From assembly GCA_010405405.1 (NCBI GenBank), contig MU004239.1, positions 620,001 to 684,000 on the forward strand: 64,000 nt of DNA, given 5' to 3'. Under the pieces are notes generated by a model. The model had not been told where the DNA came from, did no database searches, and saw only the letters and a program-made list of their open reading frames with translations. Positions 49,830 through 61,253 of the stretch are shown here, piece by piece. Each line of letters opens with the position of its first letter. Positions within the stretch are counted from its first letter, which is position 1. The translations under genes were made by a program, and so were the position numbers. Origin of the DNA: Microthyrium microscopicum (Eukaryota).

Positions 49830-50630
49830 ATGCAGTTCTTTCCTGTCTCTTTAATTGTGTTTGTCTTCACGATTACAATCTTCGAGTATCTCAAATACCG
49901 TTCGCGACGAATCGGGCCAGAGTATATCAACAAGGCCACCCCCGAAGAAGAAGCCGCTCGATCAGCCTATCTTCTCGATGCGCAAATCAAAGCGTCTGCT
50001 TTGTTTGACGATATCGAACGCGATCTGATTCGTCCTGGCGTTACCGAAAAGGAATTGAGCAAAGAGGTCTGGGCTCTAGCCAAAGAACGACATAACATCA
50101 CAAAAGTTTGGCACAGCGCAATTGTGCGCAGCGGTGCTCACACCCTGCTTCCTCACAAAGCAAAGACTGAAGATCGTACGATCCAAGCGGATGATATCCT
50201 TTTTGTTGACCTTGGTCCAGTGTTTGCGGCTTGGGAAGCCGACTTTGGTCGAACCTTCGTGCTGGGTAGCGATCCCGTCAAACTTCGCCTTCGGGACTCG
50301 CTTGAGCCTGTTTGGAATACTGTCAAGGCTCGCTATCTAGCCAAGCCAAGCATGACGGGCGAACAGTTGTACAACATTGCATGCAAGGAGGCCAAGAAGG
50401 CTGGCTGGGAATTTGGATCGCACTTAGCTGGGCACTTCATTGGAGAGCTGCCTCATGACCATATCCCCAAGAACAAAGTTGTAGAATACATTGCCAAGGG
50501 CAATAAGCAGTCGATGGAGCGTCGCGACAAGCATGGACGCAAGCAGCACTGGATTCTGGAGATTCATTTAGTGGATCGCTGCCGGCAGATTGGCGGTTTT
50601 TTTGAGCAGCTTTTGACGGTAGAAAGTTAA
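49830..50630 (+). CDS. M24 metallopeptidase (Xaa-Pro aminopeptidase-like, catalytic domain only) with N-terminal hydrophobic anchor
   Basis: Metal-ligand motifs VDLGP, EADFGRT, AGHFIGE, WILEIH, GGFFEQLL. Intronless. Confidence 0.88.
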   Translation: MQFFPVSLIVFVFTITIFEYLKYRSRRIGPEYINKATPEEEAARSAYLLDAQIKASALFDDIERDLIRPGVTEKELSKEVWALAKERHNITKVWHSAIVRSGAHTLLPHKAKTEDRTIQADDILFVDLGPVFAAWEADFGRTFVLGSDPVKLRLRDSLEPVWNTVKARYLAKPSMTGEQLYNIACKEAKKAGWEFGSHLAGHFIGELPHDHIPKNKVVEYIAKGNKQSMERRDKHGRKQHWILEIHLVDRCRQIGGFFEQLLTVES

Positions 50631-50932
50631 TGTATCAGTAGAATGAGAAATACATGCCTACCTAGGTGGGTATGCTCAGTGTGTGTGTCGTCAAAGATAA
50701 ATAATTGAACAGCGTTAGATAGTTAGAGCTTTTATGTGATTGTCTGGGGTAAACGTCATTAATCCAATAACACCGGCCGCTATGCGCTGCCATACTACTC
50801 ATTAAAGCACGAAACACCTTCGTGATTTACGAGGCATTTCAAATATCTCGCCCAACAACAAACACCCACAACCAAATACTGGCGAAATAGTCTCCTTCGA
50901 AATCATTTCAAACCCCCGATCTGCTTCATGAG

Positions 50933-51338
50933 ATGGCTTCAGCAGTATCAGCCATTCGCTACAAACTTGTCTACATGGTCCCAGCCTCTGCGCTGGCCGT
51001 AACGAAAGCTGCAATCTTCTCTGCTGGAGCTGGACGGTTTCCTGGAGAGCAATATACAGAATGTGCTTTTACATGCGTAGGCAAAGGCCAATTTCGGCCC
51101 GGCGATCAGGCAAATCCACACATTGGCAAGATTGGAGAATTGGAAGAAGTTGAGGAGGCAAGAGTTGAAATTGTTTGTTTCAGTGAGGACGTTGTGAAGC
51201 CAGCGGTCAAGGCACTGAAAAAGTAATTCGACCCCCAAACGACTGAATATGTTTTATGGAAACAGACGACTAACGTAAGGTAGAGCACATCCGTATGAGA
51301 CTCCTGCGTACGAGGTCTATAAGCTCGAGGATTTCTGA
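50933..51338 (+). CDS. Small NIF3/YqfO-related PII-like domain protein
   Basis: YKLV..VP..AIFSAGAG..YTECAF..G.GQFRP..ANPHIG..GELEEVEEARVE..AHPYETPAYEVYKLEDF*. Intron 51223-51282. Confidence 0.85.
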
Positions 51339-52496
51339 ATTGAAGCATGCTTCAATTTGTACTCGACCCACTAGGACTGGTACTTCATTTATGCGACAAG
51401 ACTAAAAGAATAAGTCAAACCTTTTGCTGCTATGGGTCCTCAAGGGTACACGCTGGCCCGCTGCTGTGATCAAGAATCACTGTAGCCATATGTGTAGAAA
51501 CTATCATAGGTTTGAATACCGACGCAAACAAATACCATAATATTGTTCTCACTGTTTGATAGCCCTTTCTTCGCAGCAGTCCAGCAAACAGGCGATCTTT
51601 TTTAAGTGGCCAACGAATACTATATCTTTGAATCATTCGGTACATCTTGGGAAAACCCCTTTAAAGTCCTCTCCGTGGCCAGCAGGCCAAAATCGTCACT
51701 CAACAAAATCTTGTAAGGTGAACGCGTTTGTCCGGCACAGGCAGAGCATTGAGCGGCCTTTTTCAGTATGAAATGAAGACTTGGCGCTGAGTGAAAAGTC
51801 TTCACTTGCAATGATATCATACGTTGTTCCATCTCCACATACGCCTAAATTTGCGCACATCGAGCAAAGATACTGCTGTGCGGCTGGCTCCATAGAGAGA
51901 ATGTTTATGCTGATGTTCTGTAGATACAGCTTGTTAGTATGTCAGCAATCTCTCGCTTCTGCTCTTGTCGTCCATTATTTATTCAAAAGCATGGCCCAAG
52001 GAACTGGTCAAATATGGATGAGGCTGTGATGTCCGCTGCGGCATGATATTAGGATTCATGTATGGTGCCTGACTAAAGAAGGAGGTATAATGGCGTAAGA
52101 GAACAGTAAGGGGACAGAGTCCTCTCAATTTGTTGAATGAAAAGACCTCTTGCTACTGTACTTTTGAGAGCAGACGAAGTGGGTTTAAGGTTTTGGCCTC
52201 AGGGAAAGAGCGTAATAGTCCTGCCTTCCGTTTCCAAACAATCTTGATACATGCGTGCCGCGCTTCAAATGAACTAGAACAACCCTATTGCAACTTCAAT
52301 GCAATTTTTCGTAAAATGCAATCTGGTGAAGCAATCCTCATAGGTTGGTACCATTATTACCTAGCTAAGTATGCACAATTGTGACCGTATGCTTAGATTT
52401 ATCTATGCTCAAAGTAGCAGAACAACGCAACCAAACAACATTTCAGGGTATCCTGTAACGCAAAACTCCTCGCTAACTCGAGCAAATCGTCCACAA

Positions 52497-54037
52497 TCAA
52501 TGACCTACAACCTCTCCTGGCTGACCTTCGCCCAGATTCGGAAAGAAGAATGCACTGATCGCAATGATGACATAGACAAGGACACACAAAGCACCTTCCA
52601 GGTAGTTGCTCTTCTTGTCTCGCAGGAAGCCGCCAACCACTAAAATGGCCAAGATGAGAACAATGCAGTCAAATTGGTTGAAGTTGAGGTCCATGTTGAT
52701 ATGCAGGCCCCATCCAACGAACACTACCAAGGGAGCATTGAATAGAGCAGTTTGAATCGATGCGCCGAGAACATGAGAGAGTGCAAAGTTCATTTGGTTG
52801 TCCCAGGCTTCGTCGACGGCAGTGATGTGCTCTGCTGCTTTTTCCACCAGAGGGACCAGAATGAGACCGAGGAAACTATCATAAATTAGCTCATGTACTG
52901 GACAATGTCTTATAAGGAACTTACGCATCCTGGACACCGCGATGAACGATGTACTCGATTCTATGCACCAAAAATATGGCCATGAATGATACCATAGTCA
53001 GAGCAAAGGCGACAGCGATAAGCGACTCAACGAGTGTCAGTTTTGGTTTGACCATGTCACGGTGACCATCTGCGTCCCTTGCTTCGTCTTCCATGAGGAG
53101 ATCTTCGTACAGGCCCTTGTGGCTCCGGGTTTGGTACCAAGTGAAGAAGCAGTACGCTATGAACAAGACAATGGCACAGTTGCGGCTGATTTGAACCACA
53201 GTGCGTGCGGCCTCTTCGGTAGCCATGTTGGTATTGTTTAGAGCTGCACTGAACGCAGCGGGCACAATAAGTCTGAACATCGTTAGCATAAAACAAGTCT
53301 AGGGCGAAAGAAACACGTACCCCATTCCAGCGACCAGCATCAGATTACTACCGACTTCCGACACTGCCTCATGAAATTCTTGTTCATCACGACGGAGTCC
53401 GCCAGCGAAGAAACATAGTCCCAAGCATAGTAGCAAATTGGCCAAGATGGATCCCAGAATGGCGGCCTTGATAATTGGTACTCCCGCATCGCCCTCCTTG
53501 ATCAGAACCATAAACACTATTATTTCAACGACTGATCCGAATGTCGTTTCGAGAAAGACGCCGAGAACATGAGGGACTTTTCGAGCGAGTTGTTGACCAG
53601 CGAAACCGAGAAGGTTGGCGGCAGGGACCATGGCGATGTAGGGAATGATGAAGTTCCATAAGTCTTCTTCTTTTCGAGCATAATGCTATTATATCAATTA
53701 GCAAGGCTGAATTGACAGGGCTGCATGGAGAAACCTGCGAGAGCGAAAGCTACAGGGACAAACGGCCATAGAATATTGACGCCCTGTTGTACAACCGTTA
53801 GCATTTGAACTACAATGTTTCTATCCCAGGAGATATTACCTTGGACAATGTACAGCTAGAATTGAAGCAAATGCGAACAAAATGCCAGGGATGAAATCCG
53901 CTCCGACCACTTTCACCCTTTGGTCTGACTTGTTTGATATCTTTCAGCGTGCCTGTGCCATTATGCGTCGGTAGAGAGTCGCCATCCCGATGTGGTGGAG
54001 TGCTTGTTTCATAAGGTTCCTGTTTGCGCGAATCCAT
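52497..54037 (-). CDS. Vacuolar Ca2+/H+ exchanger (CAX/Vcx1 family)
   Basis: GESGRSGFHP, LETTFGSVVE, AAILGSILANLLLCLG, FLGLILVPLVEKAAEH, GASIQTALF, KSNYLEG. Multi-exon. Confidence 0.92.
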
Positions 54038-54684
54038 TTTGAAGGTTGTTGCAGTGTAGAATTCAGCGGTTGAAGAGTTGTGGTGGTGATGAGGAAATTG
54101 GGAGTAGTTAAGTCACCCCACACTCAGCAAGGAGACTGGACGACAGTAATGAACGAAGGTGAAAAAGGTAAAACATGGCAGGAAATGATCTAGACGTGTT
54201 CTTCTGCGTTGTTCGATGTAGGCCAAGAGTCCAAGACGGGTTGAAGGGGCAATGATGGGAAAGCGCGCGCCAGCCATGTTACCAGCCAAGAATCTCGCCA
54301 AGCCAATTTCTTCACCTCTACATCAAATAGCCTTATTAAAGGGCATGACGCCGCCATTCTATTTTCAATTTTACCAACTTCTCCCCGACGCGGATTGCTG
54401 CCTGTAAGCCAACCTCGCGAAGACACTCATACCGGGGTGGTCGTGATTGCGATTGAAGGCTGGAAGTTGGAAAGGTTCATGAATCTTGCCGGTACGGACA
54501 ACGACGGAGATAGGGGGGCAGCGCGTGGTTTTAGTTGCTACCGTACTCTAGTACTTTGGTGTACCATTAAATTCTCTCCTCGGCAGGAAATGCTGCTTCC
54601 TTCTGCAACTTCCAGCTAATTTCATTCCAATACTCGGACTTTTCTGCTGGATTCCCGAGTAACAATTCGCAGAGGCTGGTCAAC

Positions 54685-55476
54685 ATGGCCTCTGTGCCAA
54701 AACAACGCATAGCTTGCTTCCATGGCGGAGGATCCAACGGCCAAATTTTAGAAGTCCAATGCGCAAGACTACAAAATGTGCTTCGATCCGAGTTTGAATT
54801 TGTCTACTTCGACGCTCCATTCAAGCGTAGTGCTGGACCTGGTATCTTACCAATATTTGCTGATTACGGCCCATTTCGATCATGGCTCAAACCAGACGGT
54901 GACGAGACCGAGCTGCTCTATGGTAGTGGTTTCGATACCACTGGCGCGGATGGAATCGATCGTGCCTGGTCTTTGATGCGAGAAAGAAGGAAGACAGCGC
55001 GAGATGAGTGGGTTGGAGTTCTTGGTTTCAGTCAAGGAACAAGAATAGCGAGCGGGTTGCTTCTAGATCAACAGCATCGAAAAGAGCTAGGGCAGTCTCA
55101 TGATTTCGATCTCAAGTTCGGGGTCATCTGCATGGGTAGTGGTGCTCCTATCAAATCCGAGGCGGGACATGGTATGTTCCGATTAACTTTATATCAGTTG
55201 GGCAGTGTTCTGGAAACTGGGCTGATTATACGAATAGTTGCTAAATCAATGAATGCTTCATTACCTGATCCCATTCTTATTCAATCACCTACGATACATC
55301 TTCATGGACTCAAAGATGTCAATCTCCCTGGAGGCAGACTGCAGATGGCACAGTACTTTGAACCATCCAGCGCAACATTGTACGAAATTGATTATCATCA
55401 TGCGATGCCTTGGGTACAGAAAGAGATTGAGTATTTGGCTGATCTAATAAAAGAGGCATACAAATCTAGAACTTGA
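54685..55476 (+). CDS. FSH1-family serine hydrolase (LovG/CtnB-like esterase)
   Basis: IACFHGGGSN, FVYFDAPF..AGPG, nucleophile motif GVLGFSQG, PTIHLHGLKD, HHAMPW. Probable in-frame intron at about 55172-55237. Confidence 0.88.
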   Translation: MASVPKQRIACFHGGGSNGQILEVQCARLQNVLRSEFEFVYFDAPFKRSAGPGILPIFADYGPFRSWLKPDGDETELLYGSGFDTTGADGIDRAWSLMRERRKTARDEWVGVLGFSQGTRIASGLLLDQQHRKELGQSHDFDLKFGVICMGSGAPIKSEAGHGMFRLTLYQLGSVLETGLIIRIVAKSMNASLPDPILIQSPTIHLHGLKDVNLPGGRLQMAQYFEPSSATLYEIDYHHAMPWVQKEIEYLADLIKEAYKSRT

Positions 55477-56698
55477 ATAAATCGCGGCTCTCAACACAGC
55501 TTCCTCTTTGTTTTCGTCGAGATCTTCGTTGGTAGGATCATTTTCAACACCGTCAGCTTTCCTAAATCGGCACTGGATCCTGTGCAGTATTGTACTCAGT
55601 CTTTCACACTGGCTTAATCCTCTTGAGCCTGTCTCCTGTGTCAACGCTAATCATGTTGAGTCTGGGAAATGGGTATGAAAAGAACACGGCATGGCTTTAC
55701 TTTTGTGTGAAGGCTACTTGGGGAAGCAAGGTGTTCCGTCTGTGAATTTTGACGGTGGTCGGGTTTCTCGTAACCTTCACGCTAGTCGAACTTGGTATCC
55801 GCTTCGCATCATTGCTAATTCATTTTCCTAGCTCATTCTCCAAGGAAGAAACGAACTGGTCTAGGCTGTCATACCCTTTCGGAGAAAAATGCTGTCAAAT
55901 ACGGCTGTTCTTGAGGAGCTTTGATGCGAATCAGTTTGAGCTGTCATATTAGATGGCCATTATTTGTGTCAAGTCTGCGACGAAGAATACGCTGCTCAAA
56001 ATTGGAAACGGAGTGAGCTGCTTCAGATCTCTAAAGTTCCATGATTCTTTCATGTGAGTGGCTGACCTTGTTACACAGATATGATATGTTACCTCTGCCA
56101 TAGACTAGGATGGATAGATCTTGAAGCGATAACGAAGCCAATCGTCATCCTCGTTCTCCGTACTAGAGCCAACTTACCTAGGAGGTACGTTCCCGAGGCA
56201 GACGCCGTAGACTCTCTTCAACAATGTAGTCAAAAGAGCTTTTTCCTTACCCTCGGGCCTCAATTAGTACCTCACCGTACTCTCACCTATAGTGTCTGTA
56301 CTCTATGGATCCCTAGGCAGATATTTGTCACATCAAGATGCTGTGCTTCATGTCGTGCTGGGTCTGAAAACTCAAGTTTTGCATTTGGTCGCCCTTGCCT
56401 ATTATCGGGCAGCTCTTACCGCCTGTACAGTTGAGAGCTCCTTCCTTTACAGGACATCTTGATGTTGATTTCACATCGCTACTGCCTCCATTGATTAACA
56501 TTGACTTACCTTTACTACTGCCTTGTAGGTGCGTATGGTTGCCTGATACATCTCACTCCCCACAGTGCTCCTCAAATTCCTTTGTGTTTCAACAATCTTC
56601 CCCCTCTTTACTCAATCTTGTAATTTCGATACACTCTCTTCCTCTTCTCAGCCTACTAGTTTGACAAGCGTTCTTTCTGCCTCTTCAGTCTTATCAGC

Positions 56699-59600
56699 AT
56701 GGAGGTTTTCCTATACAATGTCCCGTCCTATTTGAGCGAGAACGCTCTTCAGGGTCAGCTCAAAGCATCACTAAACAACCTTGGTATCTCGAGATACATT
56801 TGCGAAAAGGCGAACAAGAAGAATTTCGCAAGTGTCATCTTTCCACACATTGCTGATGGCCAAAAATTTCTTGCAAAACACGGCGCTCTTGGCAGTGGCA
56901 GACAAAGTATATCGCGGTTCAACTTTATGGGAGCGCACGTCAAGTGCTCGAAAGGAAAGCGAAGCCAACAAGAGATAGATTTGGTGGTAAAGAGCATGGA
57001 ATACTTGGACTCTTCGACTCCTCCAGCCGACGAATCAACCTCTATAGTATTCGAATTGAAAGGTGCAAGCTGCGGGTACACGAGATTTGTCGACAATCAG
57101 CTCACGTATGTTCCGGAAGCATCACTCGCCGATGGACGCTTCGAAGTCTTGAGGTTCTCCAATCGCTTCATCATCGCCAAAACTAGTACCTGGCTCACAA
57201 GAATCCCTCGCAGCACCGTAGTTGAACTGCTTTGGCACATTAGTGGGTCAATAACTCTGACATTGTCGGATGTTCCGCTCTTCTTCACGGAAGCCTCTTC
57301 ATTATCTGATTTGTTCACCAGCCTTGGACTGGGAAAACATCTGCCACCACGATGTAGGCTTTCCTGCATCAATGATCAGCATGCTCCTGTTATAGGAAAA
57401 TGCCTGGTGTATCAATTCCAGGTATCACAAACCAATCTTTCAGAGAAGATGCGAGACCTAAAGCAAACGGGAATTCCAGTTACTCACCATCAACTGGATC
57501 GCTCTTTGACAGGCGTGTCTTTTGAGTCAATTGCTGAGCAATCGAACAACCTCAAAGCTGCCCTCGCCAATTGTGCAGCCCAAAATCTGCTCCCTTTTGG
57601 CGTGCTCTTCCAACTGCATGCACTGGCCGAGAACGCCTATCTTCCTCCAGACACACTCGTCAATCTTACAAAAGTGTTGTGCTCTCACCAAGCAAAGGTT
57701 CCGATTTCTGCGGAAGCCATTCGACAGCTGTTTGAAACCATTGACTGGCCACTTGCGCATGGAAATTCCGATCACTTTTCGGTTGACTCCATTATGGCAA
57801 TTGTTGAGCAGAACGAACATGATTGTCAAAAACTTCGTCCTCCAAGATCTGCCCCAAAGCAAGCAATGATCCATCGCGTTACTGTTACCCCAACAAGAAT
57901 TACTTTCCACGGTCCTGAAATTGAGCCTCCAAATCGTATCCTGCGTAAATTTCCAAAGCACCACGATTACTTCATTCGCGTCCAATTCTGTGATGAAAAT
58001 GGAAAGGACATGTATTTCAACCCAATGATAAACCTTGATGTCGTCTATGCTCGTTTTCAACATGTTCTGAGAAACGGAGTAGAGATTGCTGGAAGAAACT
58101 ATGGATTCCTCGGATTTTCACACTCCTCCTTGAGAAGTCACACAGTTTGGTTCTCTGCTGACTTCAACTACGAAGGGGAGATTCATAGTAATCACACAAT
58201 CGTCAAGGCCCTTGGCAGCTTTTCACACATCACATGTCCGGCTAGATGTGCTGCAAGAATTGGCCAAGCATTTACAGAGACACCATTCTCAGTTTCTCTC
58301 CAAGATGCTACTGTTCGAGAGATACCTGACGTGGTCTCCAAAGCAGGTGACCGTGTTTTCAGCGATGGGGTTGGGACGATATCAAAAGACATGATGCACC
58401 GGATTTGGCATTCACTGCCGTTAAAGAAAGCTGCCGCTACTTGCTTTCAGATAAGACTTGGTGGAATCAAGGGAATGTTAGCTCTTGACGATCGACTAGC
58501 GGGAACTACTTTACAATTCCGAAAATCGATGGAGAAATTCAAATCTCCTGATTTAGGTTATCTGGAAATTTGTGGGTAAGATTTCAATCGATCTCTTTCG
58601 CTGAATGTTACACTCATGGTGCCTTTACACTAACGAATCACAGATCTGCCAACAAGCCCATACCACTTGTTCTCAATCGTCAAATCATCAAGATCATGGA
58701 GGATCTGGGTGTTTCCGATAGCTGGTTTCTGAGTTTGCAAATTGCAGCCGTAGACAAGATCAGAGAGGTGACATGCTCTGTTCGCAATACAGCAGATTTC
58801 ATCAAGCAGAAAGATATTGGCGAATCGCTGAACTTGTACAAACTCATTCAACATTCCGGATCCCTCAAAGCCAACTACAAATCCGAACCATTCTTGCGTC
58901 GAGTTGTGGAGGCAGGTATACTGCGGGAGCTGCGCTTGATCAAGCACAAAGCTCGCATTCCAGTTATAAAAGGGATTAAGCTATACGGTATTATGGACGA
59001 GACAGGTTTACTTCAAGAAGGTCAAGGTATGTTCAATCATCTACAATCACGATTTCGCCGCGACTGGACGGAGCACCGCTTTTGAAAGCACAAGGCCCTC
59101 CTTTAGACATCGCTTACTATGAAACTTTACTAAATGCTTACAGTATATGTCACTTTCGATCGAACAGAGCTAAACGGCGATCCTCCTGGACCAGGACGAC
59201 TGATTGTGAGCAGGGCCCCGGCCCTTCACACAGGAGATGTTCGGATCGCAGAAAATATTGCACCAGTAGAGGGCCATACTCTAGGCAAGCTGCGAAACTG
59301 TATCGTGTTCAGCAGAAATGGTAGCAGAGACTTGCCCAGTCAGCTGAGTGGTGGAGATCTTGATGGAGATTATTACGATGTCATTTGGGATCCAGCGCTT
59401 CTTCTACAGAGAATCACTGTCACTTCACCAGCAGATTATCCTCGTGTTGAGCCCATGAACATTGGTAGAGAGGTGAGTCTTATCTGTCAGCCATGACAGC
59501 GTTTCAAGGTTTTGATGCCTTGGAATATCGTGCTACAGGTTTTGATCAAATTGAGATTCATTTACATCCCCATTGTTCAATGTTCGTTGCTAACAACGTC

Positions 59601-60665
59601 AGGTCACGAAAGATGACATGACCAGTTTCTTTGTGGACTTTATGAAAACTGACCAGCTTGGTATGAGCTTCCTCCGCCTCTGGTCTTTTGCTTAGCTAAT
59701 CGTTTTCAGGTGTCGTTGCAACCCGACATATGATTCTGGCTGACCAGCATGAGGAGGGAACTCACCATCCAGATTGTTACAAACTAGCCGAGCTCCATTC
59801 CACTGCCGTTGACTTCTCAAAAACTGGCATTCCAGTTTCATTCAAAGACATCCCGAAAGCTAACAAATACCGACCTGACTTCTTTGCAACTCATTCGAAG
59901 GTGCATATCTACGACAGAAAGGATCTTGAGTTTGAGGAGCCAGCAGTATCGGCCTACAACGAGGACGAAGATGATTCAATGTCCAACGTTAAGTACTATC
60001 GATCTGAAAAGATCTTAGGAAAGCTGTACCGGGCCATAAATGAACAGCAGATCTGGCAAGAGAACGTCAAAGGTCCTAGTGATATTGCGGGTAAGTTCTG
60101 AAAGGTTGATGTAACTGCGTTTGATATGACTTCTGACTAATAAACTGAAGATGGTCAATTCTGGGTAGAGTTCACGAGAACTTGCCTTGAGAGATGCCGC
60201 AAAATGACCCCCATCGACTGGAATCGGCGCCGAAAAGAAGCAAAACTCCTCCGGAGCTCATACGACGACGCCATGGTAGCCGCCATGGACAACTACTCTG
60301 AGCATCCTATCTACCCGCTGACAGAGCTTGAGGTAGTCCTTGGCTACATCTTCAACAAGTCAGGAGTACAGACGCATCGTCAGCGTGATCGCTCAACTCG
60401 ACTCAAGGACGAGTTTGACCGAATCAGCACCTGGATTGTGAGTCGCATCCGGGGCTACGATGATGACAATACAGCGCCAAGTATAGGTCTCGAAATGAGA
60501 GTCGATGCGCTTGAGCTTGGCCTTGCCTGCGTTTTTGTTGGTAGGGAGGAAGTTGATGATAGTCACCGACGACGTGGCTATGAACGACTGCAAAGCTTCA
60601 AGGTCGTGGCTGCCTGTTCGTTGCTAGCGGATATAGAGTCGATGGAGTGGGGCCGAAGTCTTTGA
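56699..60665 (+). CDS. RNAi-type RNA-dependent RNA polymerase with N-terminal RRM-like region (SAD-1/RRP-3 side rather than QDE-1)
   Basis: NRILRKF..FIRVQFCDE, FLGFSHSSLR, ARCAARIGQAFT, FSDGVG.IS, FQIRLGGIKG, catalytic LSGGDLDGD (DLDGD at 59356-59370), LHSTAVDFSKTG, RPDF. Introns at about 58576-58643, 59027-59142, 59473-59602, 59662-59710 and 60091-60150. Confidence 0.95.
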
Positions 60666-60943
60666 TTTGGCATTACTGTGAGAGTTTAGAATGGTTGGAG
60701 GGATGCGCTTCAGGTGGTGGATGTGAGGTGAGAGATCTCGTTTGTATGTCACGATGTATGAACCATTATTCTCAACTTCCAGCTTTTGACCGGGAAAGTG
60801 TACTATTAAATCACAATAACAACAAAGTTGAATGAAAATTGCGTCTCCCATGTTGATATCGTAAACTCTCGGCTAAAGGTATTCCTTTCTAATCTCAAGC
60901 AAGTCATTTCAGTTCCACGTTCTTCAAACTCATCGCCTTGTCG

Positions 60944-61253
60944 CTAAAAGCATTCAGAGTGACTATGACCTTCGCGATGGCAACCATCGTGTCCGCATCG
61001 AATGCATTTTTCATGCCATTCACGTTCCCAGCCTCCCAACATTAGAAAAGACAATCAACTAGGATGGTTCAGACTTACGTTCGCAGTCACGATGCCTCTC
61101 ATGACGGTATCGTCTACGCTCGTTATCGCAATCTTCTCTCCATCCATTCGCCGTTTGATTGACGAGACTGACAGTGCCGTCTTCAGTGATTGGCTTAGCC
61201 ACAACGACCAGAGGTGCTAGAAGGAGAGCAATTATGGAGAGGTTGAAATGCAT
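60944..61253 (-). CDS. Small secreted His/Arg/Cys-rich peptide (87 aa)
   Basis: Signal peptide. Intron 61078-61033 (GTAAGT..CTAAT..GAG) gives ...GWREDCDNERRRYRHERHRDCERWEREWHEKCIRCGHDGCHREGHSHSECF*. A TATA-like element (tatataaa on the minus strand) lies at about 61363-61370. Confidence 0.7.

Noticed and set aside
2388..60665. RNase H array, CAF1 and RdRP as one RNA-defence cluster
   Set aside because: They are 40-50 kb apart and separated by unrelated housekeeping genes. Nothing in the sequence links them.
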